Shown here piece after piece: positions 52,141 to 64,000 of a stretch of 64,000 nucleotides of DNA. Within the stretch, counting starts at the first letter, position 1. Every line of letters starts with the position of its first letter. The position numbers were made by a program, and so were the translations under genes. Under the pieces are notes generated by a model that did not search any database, was not told the origin of the DNA, and was given only the letters and a program-made list of their open reading frames with translations. The stretch comes from Azolla caroliniana (Eukaryota; Plantae; Polypodiophyta): positions 7,006,001 through 7,070,000 of the forward strand of contig JBHGNT010000017.1 of NCBI GenBank assembly GCA_043228905.1, written 5' to 3'.

Positions 52141-52754
52141 TCTTCTTCTTTTTTTCTTTTCCAAAAAGACACTACTTTCCCATTAGTTAGGAGAGATTAT
52201 TACAGAAAGACTATACAATGTAGCTTATACATAAATCGGGGAATCACCATCCGATCGAGTTCAAGAATATGAGACTACATATCCTTTCCTACTCACTAGT
52301 TAATGTAAGTAGGTACCTATAGCTACAAACTAGTGCCCTTCATCACCAACTAGTACAAGCTGGATCATGTGGCCTACAACGAAGGAAGGGTGGGAGGTGA
52401 GTAGGAAATAACTAGCGTGGGGGCTGGTAGTTCCACCTCGGGCCGTTTCCCCTTTGTGTCACCATTGACGTGTTTTTCTGCCAGAAGCGCAAACGGCCAA
52501 TGTAAGCTTGAGGCTATTCCTTCTACTTTGCAAGTAGCTAGGAGGCAAGTCACCCTATCCCATACCATGTAAGCTTGAGGGCAATCCCACAAACAATGTC
52601 TTCAAAGTCTCAATAGGTGAAGAACATAATGGGCAAGCAATCAGGCCACCATGTTTACCTACCCATTCGCCAATGGGGACCACGTTATGGCTGATCTGCC
52701 ACCAAAATAACTTGATCTTCTCAAACACGTGGAGACTCCAGAGACTCAATCGAG
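52141..52754 (-). mobile_element. 3' end of an L1-type LINE (zf-RVT region and A-rich tail)
   Basis: KIKLFWWQISHNVVPIGEW...CPLCSSPIETLK..WDCPQAYMVW. T-rich tract at 52141-52160. Confidence 0.75.
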
Positions 52755-54012
52755 TGTTGGAGCCAATCCTCAGGTGTGGAACAATCCCAACACTCTTTGA
52801 GATGAAGATCCTCAGAGTATACAAGTAAACAAATTATGAACATAGGACAATTGAAATCTAAGACAAGATCAACAATGGAACAAAAAGAAGAGAGACAACA
52901 AAGTAGGCACAAGCAAGATGTAACTATATTATTATCAGAGAGTTACAATAGCACAATGTACAAAATGAACAACCTCATCACTAGGTTACAAGACTCGGTT
53001 TAAATACTAACTGACTTAGGGCAACTGCCCTTTCCACTATTTACAGAAATAGCATAAACCTAGTGTGTCCAATGGGATAGTGTTGAATACATCCATTAGA
53101 GACCCGTATTCGACACTCCCCTGTAATGGGCGTATACAACAAAAAATCTGTAATAAAAGAGGTAATCAAGAAATACATATTTATACAAGGTTGTCGAACA
53201 AACCAGTTTTGTTAGAGTTAGCAAAGTTTGAGAGCAGAAGGCCGAGTTGGCCGGGTCGGATGAGCTGAAGCCGAGTCTGGAACTATCGATGTTGATTATC
53301 CGAAACCATCCTGAATGTCTGACTCAATCAGATTGATTCTTCTTTACGCCCATTTGGTGCCGAAGGGATCAGAATCGATGCGCCAGAAGACACCTGGTCA
53401 TCCCATTTGCGACATTATCGGCTGTAGGTATCTTCTCGAGGCCGATTTTGCCTACAATGACAAAGTCCCGAACAAAGTGATATCTCACATCAATGTGCTT
53501 TGAGGTGTTGTGCTAAACCGGATTTTTTGACAAAGCGACAACACCTTGGTTGTCGTTGTAGACAATTGGAGCCGAGTCAGAATCGACTTATTGAAACGTG
53601 TGCGCTAGCCGATCGACCCATAAGGCCTCTTGCCGAATTTAAAGCAGTATCCGATTGTCGACTTTCGATTGTCCATGTAGCCGGCAAAGTCAAAGTCAGT
53701 ATAACCAATTACGCCTGAGGTGTCTTTCAGACCGAATAGGATGTTGTAGTCTTTTGTGCCCACCAGATATCTGAACACACACTTTAATGTGTTCCAATGC
53801 GATTGGTTGGGATTGTGCATAAATCTATTGACGACTCCTACAACATGAGCAATATCAGTCTGTGTTATGACCATTGCGTACATCAAGGAACCGACTACCA
53901 ATGCATACAATACCGACTTCATAAATTCCCCCTCTAGATTGGATGTGGGGTAGTCTCGCTGAGACCATCGAAGGCTAATGGGTGTCAAGATTTGAACTCT
54001 TGACATGACCAT
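52755..54012 (-). mobile_element. Truncated copia related to family A: RT/RNase H remnant, PPT and 3' LTR 52755-53115
   Basis: LTR similar to 17594-17928 (TGTCGAATACG start). PPT AGGGGAG. Motifs GSLMYAM and GYTDFDFAG. Confidence 0.85.
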
Positions 54013-54507
54013 GTTATAATCAAGTGTTATGGGTTAACCAACATATCCGATGAAGGAATGACACATCTACTCCTCAACAATGTGGTCCGCTTACATGGAC
54101 TCCCCGACGATGTCATCTTCGATTATAGAACATGCACACACCCTATAACATTTTTGTACCACGATGAAACTTTTTTATTTATGTTTATTTATTTAATTCT
54201 CAATGATTGCGTATAGATCCCATTATTGTAGTCAATTGTCTAATGGGCCAAATTTTCTCTTAGAAGTAGGAATCGACAACGATTCAATTTTGTCTTAACC
54301 AATTAGGCTTTGTTCAAACCAAACCGGTTAAGTCTTAACTAGTTTGAGAGTTTTCAAGCTTGAACCAAATTGGTTAACCTTACCGGTTTGGACAAACCAC
54401 TTAACATTAAACTAGTTGGCCAAAGAATTTAAGCCTTATCCGGTTTAGGAACTAGTTTGGCTCTAAACGATTCAATTCGGCTTGAGCCTTGCCATACTGA
54501 ACTGAAA

Positions 54508-55197
54508 TTGGTTATGGAGGCTCAATCCTAAACCAAACCAAACCAAAAACCACTAAACCATTTAATAACGCTTTAATGGCTCAGTTCAGGCTTGAGCCAA
54601 GCTATTGAAGACTCTAAACGATTAATACATCTTTCTTTCTCTCATGCCATGAACAATGACAAGGGCTGACGTGGCACATTCAACTCTTGGAACAATATTC
54701 TCTCTCTCTTGCTAACGGCTCTATGTGTTACCGCCGTCATCATCTACTACTACCACTACCACTATCATGCATCACCTGTCGTTTGCTATACTGTTGTCAC
54801 TGATTGCCGCCACATCGCACTGACCATCGTCTGCGATTACCGCCACATCACGTCGATCGCCACCGCTGTTGAGTGACCATCACTATTGGTTGTGGCCGTG
54901 CGTACATGGGTTGCTCGGTAGAGTGCGTTCCTATTGTGTGGGTGTTTGTACTTGGCGCTCAAGGTCTCTCTTTGGTGGGTTGATTGCGAGCTCATGAAGT
55001 TAATGAGACATCCACCGATGCTTGGCTAATTTTTTCCGTCCTTTTCTTTTATCTTTTTTCCGTCCACAAAACTGGTTATGGAGGCTCAATCCTAAACCAA
55101 ACCAAACCGAAAACCACTAAACCATTTAATAACAATTTAATGGCTCAATTCATGCTTGAACCAAGCCGTTGAAGACTCTAAATGGTTAATACATCTT
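54508..55197. repeat. ~565-bp tandem duplication; the second copy is split by the copia insertion and continues at 61722-62084
   Basis: 54508-54633 matches 55072-55197, and 54629-55060 matches 61722-62084. Confidence 0.88.
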
Positions 55198-58100
55198 TGA
55201 AAACGTAAGTGTTTGCGGAAGCGTAAAACAGAGAACAACAGAGAGAGAGAGAGAGAGAGAGAGAAGAACACACTTTCAAAATTATATCAAGACTCACACT
55301 CAACACACTGTGCTAAGTAGCACTATTTATACAAGTCCTCTTGGGACTGACAGAAGTACCATGTACTTCAATGCTCACACGAGCATTTGACACTTACTAC
55401 GAGACTATAGCCACCTAGTAGTCTATCCTATACTAGGCTTCCGATTGGACTGCCGGTTACGGATTGCACCCGGCCTCCACTGCTTGCCGGTTCAGTTGCT
55501 CACCGTCATACCGATCCGTTTCGCCCGATCCTTCTCGCTTACCGGCTCCGGCTTATTCAGCCGATCCGGCTCCGGTTGAGCTTGCCGCTCAACACTCCCC
55601 CTCAAGCTCAACCTGAGGTGGGGTCGTAGTGTCGACCTCTGTGGCAGTCGGTTCTTCCAACCGACTTCTCTTGGCGTCACTCCGCCTTGCTCGCGCTCCT
55701 CGTCCGGTCCCGTCCCGTTTGCCGCGACCCCTTTGGTTCTGCGCGCCTCGACCCTCTCGGTTGGTATGTCTACTCAATAGGCCCATCTCAGCAGTCACGT
55801 TGTTGTGACTCCGGCGCTTGCCGATCCGTCGGTTCTCCCATGATGGCATCGACTTCCATTGTGTTCGTGTCCCCTTGGCCTTCAGTCAATCCGACTCTTC
55901 TGGATCCATCTATTGATCCGAGTCAGCTATCTCCGACTCGTTCCAGCTCTTGTCCAAATCGGTACACTCCGATTCGACTTCCGGCTTCAGGCCTCTCACC
56001 ACATCGGACCACTTCCGAGTCTTGGCCTTCTCCATGCTTCCCTCGGCTTCTTCAGCCGATGAACCGAAATCGAGTTCTTCATTCGACTCTGTATCATGGT
56101 CAGTACCGTCCGGATGACCTCCGCACAACATGCACTTCTCTTCCTGAGTGCACAACTCTTCTTCACAGCCGCTTGCTCCAACCTGTTCGGATGTGTCGAC
56201 TTCCTTCGTCGACTCGGCTTCCTTCATCTTCTTGTCTCCTCTTCTTCCGGCTCTCCTCTTACCGACGGGTTCAACAATTTTTTGGCCTTTGCCCGTTTCG
56301 GTAGAGACTTTGCCCTTGCTTCTCCCCCTCAAGTGCAGCACGTCGAGATGCTAAATACCAAGCATGTCGGTAAAGTGCTGCAACTTGTCCGATCCGAGCG
56401 GCTTGGTGAAGATGTCGGCAACTTGCCGATCCGTATGAACATACCGTAGGTCAACTTCATCGCTCAGGACCCGCTCACGCACGAAGTGGTAGTGCACCTT
56501 GATGTGCTTTGTGCGAGCATGGAACACAGGGTTCCTGGCGAGCTGCAGGCTGCTCATGTTATCGCAGTAAATCGGGATCGGGGTCGGTACCTCGATCCGC
56601 AAGTCTCGCAGCAGTCGCCGAAGCCAGATGGCTTCACAAGTGGCAACGGTAGCGGCCCGGTACTCAGCCTCAGTGCTTGACAAAGCCACTGTGGGCTGCT
56701 TCTTGTTGCTCCATGCAACGGCCGCGCTACCTATGGAGAACATGTATCCGGAAGTAGAGCGGCGATTAGACGCATCGCCGGCCCAGTCAGCATCTGTGTA
56801 ACCGACAAGCTCTTCAGGTATACCTCGCCGGTATAGCAGTCCCCGGTCCTTAGTGCCGCTGACATAGCGTAATATTCGTTGCGCGCACTGAAGGTGCTCC
56901 ACGGTCGGCTTCTGCATGAACTGACTTACCATCCCGACTGGATAGCTGATGTCGGGTCGAGTGATGGTTAAGTAGATCAGGCTTCCGACAACCTATCGGA
57001 ACTGTTTCTCATTGCAGGCCGGTCCGGAGTTGGGACGGAGCTTCTGGTTCCGGTCCAGGGGTGTGGAGACAGGTCGGCAATCCGTCATGCCAAACTTATA
57101 CAGCATATTCAACACGTAATGTCGTTGTGAGAGCAATATGCCGTCGGGGGTCTGGATCACTTCGAGCCCAAGAAAATAATGAAGGTCCCCCAGGTCCTTC
57201 ATTTTGAATGCGTTCGACAACTGGGACTTGACGCGGTTGATTTCGGGAAGACCCGGTCCGGTGATGACTAAATCATCCACATACAAGAGTATACATACCG
57301 GACCGTCAGAGCCTTGCCAGATGAACAACGAAGAGTCCGACTTAGAGACAGCAAACCCCAGCTTACGCAACCGGTGCGTGATCTTTGCGTTCCAAGCTCG
57401 GGGGGCTTGCTTCAAGCCGTAAAGCGACTTCTTCAGTCGGCATACCGCCAACTTGTTCATCTCCGATTGAAATCCGGGGGGATGAGTCATAAAGACTTCT
57501 TCTTCAAGCTCTCCTTGAAGGAAGGTGTTCTTCACATCCATCTGGTGAAGATGCCACCCCCTTGCCGCAGCAACCACCAGTACCGCACGAACCGTCGTCA
57601 TCTTCGCCACAGGAGCGAAGGTCTCGTCGTAGTCGATTCCGTGGGTGTGCGCGTATCCCTTCGCCACTAACCGGGCTTTGTACTGGTTAACAGAACCGTC
57701 GGCATTGTACTTGACCTTGTACACCCACTTGCATCCTGTGAAAGTGTTTTTAGAATTCAAGGTATTGAAGTCTACAAAAATATAAGGTATGGAGCATTCA
57801 CACCCGAAGGCCAAGAACACGAGCTAAGGTTTCAAGTATAAGTCAAACTAAAAGCAAGAAAGATGGAGAAAAGTAAAAGAAGGAAAAAGCAGACCACCAA
57901 AAAGCAGTCAGAAACAAACGCTCATAACTCTCTCGTTTGACACCCAAATATCACGTGTAAATATGAGTTAGAAAGCTTATGACGAGAGCTATTCGTAGCT
58001 TTTTAAAACTCTAAATTTGGAGCATGGATGAGGGAGATATGACGATTATAAGATCGTTGTGTCATAGCTAAGAATAGGAGATGGAAAAGCTCTAAAAAAA

Positions 58101-61100
58101 GCGTGGAAAAGAAAGCAAGCGAAACTTATCTACTAGAGGAGAACTTCATATAAAGCAAGAAGAGTGAGGTGGTGAGGAGAGTTTTTTTCTGGTGGTGTTT
58201 TTCTTGCCTATTCATGTAGTGCATTTTTCTAGTGATCAATTCATCCTTGTAGGCTTGAGTTTATGTATCTTCTTTCTCTTGTTTCTATGATCATCACTCC
58301 TTATTAATATATCTTTGTAGATTTGGGTTTCTATATCTTCCTTCTCTCTCTTTTCTATCATCATCTCTCTTTTCACATCCAATCGGTTTACAGTGACGGG
58401 GATGATCAACTAGGTCCCAAGTTTCGTTGGCATCGAGCGCCCGCATTTCTTCATCCATAGCGGCACGCCAATTTGCGTCCTTTGCCGCTTCTGCGTAGCT
58501 CTCCGGCTCATGTACTTCTGTCACCTTAGTCATGTACGCATAATGATGCGCCATGTATTCATTGTACCCGTACCGTATGACGGGATCCTTCTGGCGGGTT
58601 GATCGGCGTAACGCACTGTCACCTGATTTGAGGCCCTTCTTGGCCAGTTCGGTCTTTGTTGCCGAAGATCCGCCTTTCTCCTTTCCGGAGTCGGGTACAC
58701 ACCGATCCGACTCATCGTTGCCGGTTTCGAATTCCGGCATCTTCCTCTTCCCCTTCTCTTTGCGCGTGAACCGTTTCCTCGGTTCCTTGCGCGGGGAGAG
58801 CACGGCAGAGTCTCCACCACTTGCCGTCTCATCATCTGACTGGTCCAACCGACTCAGTCGCTCGTTCAGTCCACTTAACCGTAACGATTCCAGACTCTCA
58901 TCTTGAGTCCCGGCTTCGTCATCCTCTGCTAGGGTTGATTCAGGCTCACTGGCCTGATCTTCCGGCATTGGGTCGGGATCAGAAGTCGGAGTTGGTACGT
59001 CGAACTCGACATTCCGGCTAACTCGGACTTCCTTCGTCCGGGGGTTATAGCACTTATACCCCTTTTGCTCTTGAGCATAGCCGACTAGGATGCATTTTTC
59101 CGATATTGCATCCAGCTTTCTCCGCTTCTAATCCGGCACATGCACATACGTTATGCTGCCGAATATCCGAAGGTGTCTTAAGTTCGGCTTGCGCCCGAAA
59201 TACAGCTCATGAGCTAACACCTTGTCACCAATGCGGTTTTGTATGTAGACGGTCGTCCGGACTGCCTCCGTCCAGTAGAACCGGGGCATGCTCTTCTCCT
59301 CCAGCATTGCCCTTGCCGCTTCGACGAGTGTCCGGTTCTTCCTTTCGGCCACACCGTTTTGCTCTGGTGTGTATCTGCAGCTGAACTCTCACCGAATTCT
59401 CTTTTGTTGTAGATAACTAGTGAATTGGCCGGAAAAATATTCCTTTCCGCCATTCGACCGAAGGCATTTGATCTTCCTCTCCGATTCCCATTCGACCATC
59501 TTCTGGAGGCTCCGGAAACAGTCGAAGACTTCGCTCTTCCGCTCAATGAGGTAGATCCAAGTATGCCGAGTATAGTCGTCGATGAAGGAGATGAAGTATC
59601 GACTCCCGCCAAGGCTTACACTTTGTGTCGGTCCCCACACATCCGAATGGATGAGATCGAGCTTGTTACGGCTCCGGTTCCGTTCGGTGGGGAATGGAAG
59701 CCGGTGTTGCTTCCCAAGTTGGCAGGCTTCACAAATGTCGGCTCTCCGGCCGCTGAACTTCGGCAAACCGAAAACGACTTGTTTCGTTTGCAGGTCTTGA
59801 AGCCTCCGGTAGTTGACGTGGCCTATCCGCTTGTGCCACAGGTCGATGTCCGACTCGACCTTCTGTCGATTCGCGAACAGAGCGGTGCCAAGGTCATTGG
59901 TGTTGAGGATAAACATCCTTCCGTCTCTGCGCCCTTGCGCAATGACTTCGCCCTCATCCTCAATGAAGCACCCGAGGTGCGTAAACCGCACGTGCATCCC
60001 CTAGTCGACAATCTGACCGACGGACACCAGGTTCTTCGTGATTGTCGGAACGTGTAATACGTTCATCAGCTTCCCTTTCTGTCTGACGTGGCTTAGAGGA
60101 ACTTCTCCGACGTGCACGATTGGGTGAGGAGTGTCGTCTCCGGTTTCGACTACTCCTAGTTGATCCGGTTTCTCTAGAAAGGAGAACCACTCTTTGTGGC
60201 TCGTCATGTGGTTCGACGCGCCGGAATCAACATACCACACTTCCTCCGTTTTGGAAGTGGTCTTGTTCATTGAGTTTGCCTTGTGATTCATCACCAAGGC
60301 TGGCCCCTTACCGGCCTTTCCAGTTCCGGATCCTCCTGATCCGTTTGCGTAGTGTGAGTTTTGCCGGCCATCCTTACCGGTCTTGCCGGATCCGGATTTG
60401 TTCGAATCGGCACGCTTTCTCCAGCACTCGCTTTCCCTGTGGCCTTTTTTGTCACAATACCAGCATTCCGTAGCGGATTTGTCTTGCCGGCCTCCGGCAC
60501 CGCCTTGACTCCCCCTGCTTGTGGAAGTCCCGGAACTGCTGTCGGCACGCTCATAGTGCCTCCGTTCCTGCTCTTGCCGGCCGCCTCCATTGCGTGCCGA
60601 CCCACCTCTTCCACCACGCCCACGGAGCCGATCCGTTCTCGTGTACAACATTCGGCTGTCCGCGGATGCACTGGTAGATGCACCGGCGTGATTCTCCTCT
60701 ATAAGGGGCATCGACTGTAAGTCGAAGAATGAGGGGGTATTCTCCCTTGTACACACCGCAGTCCAGAACGCTCCGAACTTGGACGCCAGGCCTCCGAGAC
60801 ATACCTGCACCATCTCGTCTTCCTCTACGGTAACGTTGATAGAGGCGAGCGAGTCGCAGATCTCCTTTATCCGGCCCGTGTAGTCTGCCATGGACATGTT
60901 CTTCTGTCGAACATTGCTCAACTCCTGTCTGAGTTGCAGCTTCTGGGCAGTGGTGCTTGCGGCGAAAACCTTTTTCAGGTTCCCCCAAGCATCCTTCGGT
61001 GTCTTGGCGTCACCCTGCTTGCCGCCTGTTCCCATACCGGGAAGTCCTTGTGTGCCGAGTCGGGCGCCGCATCATTCACTCCTTCGACATAACTCCAGTA

Positions 61101-61335
61101 CCCGTGTCCAAGCAGGTACTGGTGCATCTTGTAAGACCAGGATGCATAGTTGCTCCTGTCGAGCTTCTCCACCGGGAGCGACGTAGCCATGCCTCTGTCC
61201 ATGTCTTCTACTGTGTCTGTTTTCAACCTGTTAGGGTTTTCTTCTCAAGAGTAAATGTCTGCAGCAGAGGTTCTCAACCCTCGCGCTCTGATACCATGAA
61301 AACGTAAGTGTTTGCGGAAGCGTAAAACATAGAAC

Positions 61336-61391
<56 letters not shown>

Positions 61392-61721
61392 AGAACACAC
61401 TTTCAAAATTATATCAAGACTCACACTCAACACACTGTGCTAAGTAGCACTATTTATACAAGTCCTCTTGGGACTGACAGAAGTACCATGTACTTCAATG
61501 CTGACACGAGCATTTGACACTTACTACGAGACTATAGCTACCTAGTAGTCTATCCTATACTAGGCTTCCGATTGGACTGCCGGTTACGGATTGCACCCGG
61601 CCTCCACTGCTTGCCGGTTCGGTTGCTCACCGTCATGCCAATCCGTTTCGCCCGATCCATCTCGCTTACCGGCTCCGGCTTATTCAGCCGATCCGGCTCC
61701 GGTTGAGCTTGCCACTCAACA
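55198..61721 (-). mobile_element. Near full-length Ty1/copia (family B): LTRs 55198-55594 and 61297-61721, TSD ATCTT, degenerate gag-pol
   Basis: LTRs differ by about 9 substitutions (by eye) plus (AG)n length. PBS TGGTATCAGAGC at 61296-61285, PPT GAGGGGGAG. Motifs CWYCDKKGHRESEC, WYVDSGAS, LIHSDVWGP, LLYVDDL, YTDADWAG. Confidence 0.97.
57737..58375. mobile_element. Solo LTR of an unrelated family inserted in the RT region; TSD CATCC
   Basis: TG...CA ends. CATCC at 57732-57736 and 58376-58380. AT-rich, and it interrupts KPIGC|KWVYK. Confidence 0.9.
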
Positions 61722-62094
61722 ATCTTTCTTTCTCTCATGCCACGAACCATGACGAGGGCTGACGTGGCACATTCAACTCTTGGAACGGTATTCTCTCTCT
61801 CTCTCTCTCTTGTTGACGGCTATGTGTGCTACCGCCGCCATCATCGTCGTCTACTACCACCGTCACTGTCATGTTGACCACCATCTGCGACTACCGCCGC
61901 CGTAGTTGAGTGACCATCGCTATTGGTTGTGGCCGTGCATACATGGGTTGCTCGGTAGAGTGTGTTCCTATCGTGTGGGTGCTTGTACTTGGCGTGCAAG
62001 GTCTCTCTTTGGTGGGTTGATTGCGCGCTCATGAGACATCCACCGATGCTTGGCTAATTTTTCTGTCTTTTTCTTTTATCTTTTGAATTACAAC

Positions 62095-64000
62095 ATGGCT
62101 TCTAAACAAACTAAAGACCATAAGGAAATGCACGAAGAAACTATAAGTAAGGAAGAATTCTTAGATGTCTTTAATTGTTTAGTTAATATAGAGAGTGAAA
62201 TGAAATAATGGGCAAAAGAGACCGAATCTCAAAAGCAAAAAGATAGGGAAGAAAAAGACATGCTTATGGCTGAAATAACAAAACTCAAAATAGAAAACAT
62301 CAACCATCAGAAACAACTTAATGGCCTTGAGACATTTAGGGAAGATGGTGATATATCCTCCCTAGAGGATATTAAGGACGAGAAAGGACGAGGTAAGAAG
62401 CGACATGGAATTAGCCAAAATCGGTTGGGTTGATGTAGTAAAATGTAACATTAAAAAGGAACTAAAAGATGAAAATATTGTAAACATTACCCTTGAGGAA
62501 GAGAAAATGCATCAAGCTCGACGCCTAAATGTATGTGTCACTAAGCTCAAGGAAGGGGCATCTCCCAATGAAGATGCACAAACACTCGGGAAAATGTTAG
62601 GGTACATAGAGGCCTTACCAATCACCAAAACTTGGAGGGTCAGACGTGACACTACTAGGAAGAGAGCTTTAGTCCTTCAATTTAAAGACTTGGAATCTAG
62701 AATGACATTTTTTAAGAAGAGACCAATTCTTGGAGGATTAGGCGGGGTCAATATCTACCTAGATGAAGACCTCACCAAGATGCAAATTGAGCACCGTAAA
62801 ACTTGTATGTTGTGAGTCATACAAGCTCGTAAAGAAGGGCATCACGCCTTTTACTGAGACGGACGAGTGATAAAAAATGATCATGCCACCAACTGATGGC
62901 GTGTGGCCCATGTGATAGACAATGAAATTAGGATGACTTTATGGAATCGTGATGGTGCACTTTGGACACACCTTGGCCGTCTAGGGGAGATTTTGAAGAT
63001 ATCCGATATACTTTTCTTAGTAGAAACACATCAAAGTCCAAATAGAGGATTGCCACGAGTTGAAGGTTTTCATTGGGAATCTGTCTTTAGACAAACCTCA
63101 CATCGACACACTACTAGAGGGTCTGGAGGGGTTGCAATACTATTTCGAAGAGAGATACATAATAGGATAGAAATACTAAAGACAAACCCAAAAGCCCAGT
63201 TTATGTGGGTGAAAGTCCTCACTAGAAAGGATCGGGGAATATTTATAGCCATTTGTTACTTTCCCCTAAACATCCCGATATAATATGGCTGGAGGAGCGA
63301 GTATAGTTGATGAAGGAGTGCCACATGGGCGTTCTCCATATGAACCTTTATCGGATGACATAATCCAATATTCTTCTCAAGGGGAATTCTTCCTCGTAGT
63401 AGATTTCAATGAAAGAACCCAATCCCGACAATGCACAATATTTCAGATGGATAAAGACCTAGAAATGGTGAATGTCAACCATTTAGCCATAGGCATCACA
63501 CGTAGATCAAAAGATCAAGGTGCGATCGCCACAAGCTTTGGCCATCATCTTCTTGAACTTGGAAGTTGACACCAGATGATCATATATAATGGTTTAACCA
63601 AGTGACTGGGTTGGGAAGAGCTCACATGTTTCCCACATGGAGGAGGGGAAAGCACAAAAGATTACCTAATAGGACGCCCTGAAGCTACCCACATGATGAA
63701 CACCTTCCGGGTGGTCCCATGCCCTATTGGTGCATACCATAACTTCCTATACTTTGAGCTAAAATGCGACACTTCCAACGCCACCAACTCTAGTCAACCA
63801 AACCATCACACCACAATACATTTAACACATGAGCTCTCTGACATCTACTCCTAACATGTTCAAGCCCATCTCTCCTCTCTTGATTCTTCCCTGCCTACAG
63901 AACTCACACACATCCTTCACTCGGCAACAATTAATAGCTTCCCATACACGAAACACTCCAGTCAAAGTAGAATAGGGTTTATGCCACATAATAGGTGGTA
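62095..64000 (+). mobile_element. 5' part of a two-ORF LINE (RTEX/CR1/L2-like): degenerate ORF1 (62095-~62896) and AP-endonuclease of ORF2 (from ~62900), runs off the right edge
   Basis: ORF1 has a coiled coil, then RRLNVCVTKLKE...RALVLQF...IYLDEDLT. ORF2 reads TLWN...DILFLVETH...RGSGGVAILFR...ICYFP...VDFNER. Confidence 0.85.

Overview
Eukaryotic, repeat-rich land-plant DNA. The retroelement complement suggests a non-seed plant such as a fern, which is inference. There are three apparently intact host genes: a 2-exon BAHD (HCT-like) acyltransferase (5335-7404, +), an 8-exon D27-like carotenoid isomerase family gene (39495-43387, +) and a 2-exon SBT1-type subtilase (50362-47498, -). The rest is mostly decayed transposable elements: a Tf1/sushi (Tcn1-like) Ty3/gypsy at the left edge, several Ty1/copia elements, a ~20 kb multi-layer nest (17594-37957) containing an Athila/Tat-related gypsy with a ~1000-codon extra ORF, solo LTRs, MITEs, L1 remnants and an RTEX/CR1-like LINE at the right edge. 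The most notable signals are in the left-edge gypsy: an 11-nt self-priming PBS, a -1 frameshift cassette with a predicted H-type pseudoknot, and long heat-shock-element arrays in the LTR. All coordinates were read by eye and no searches were run.
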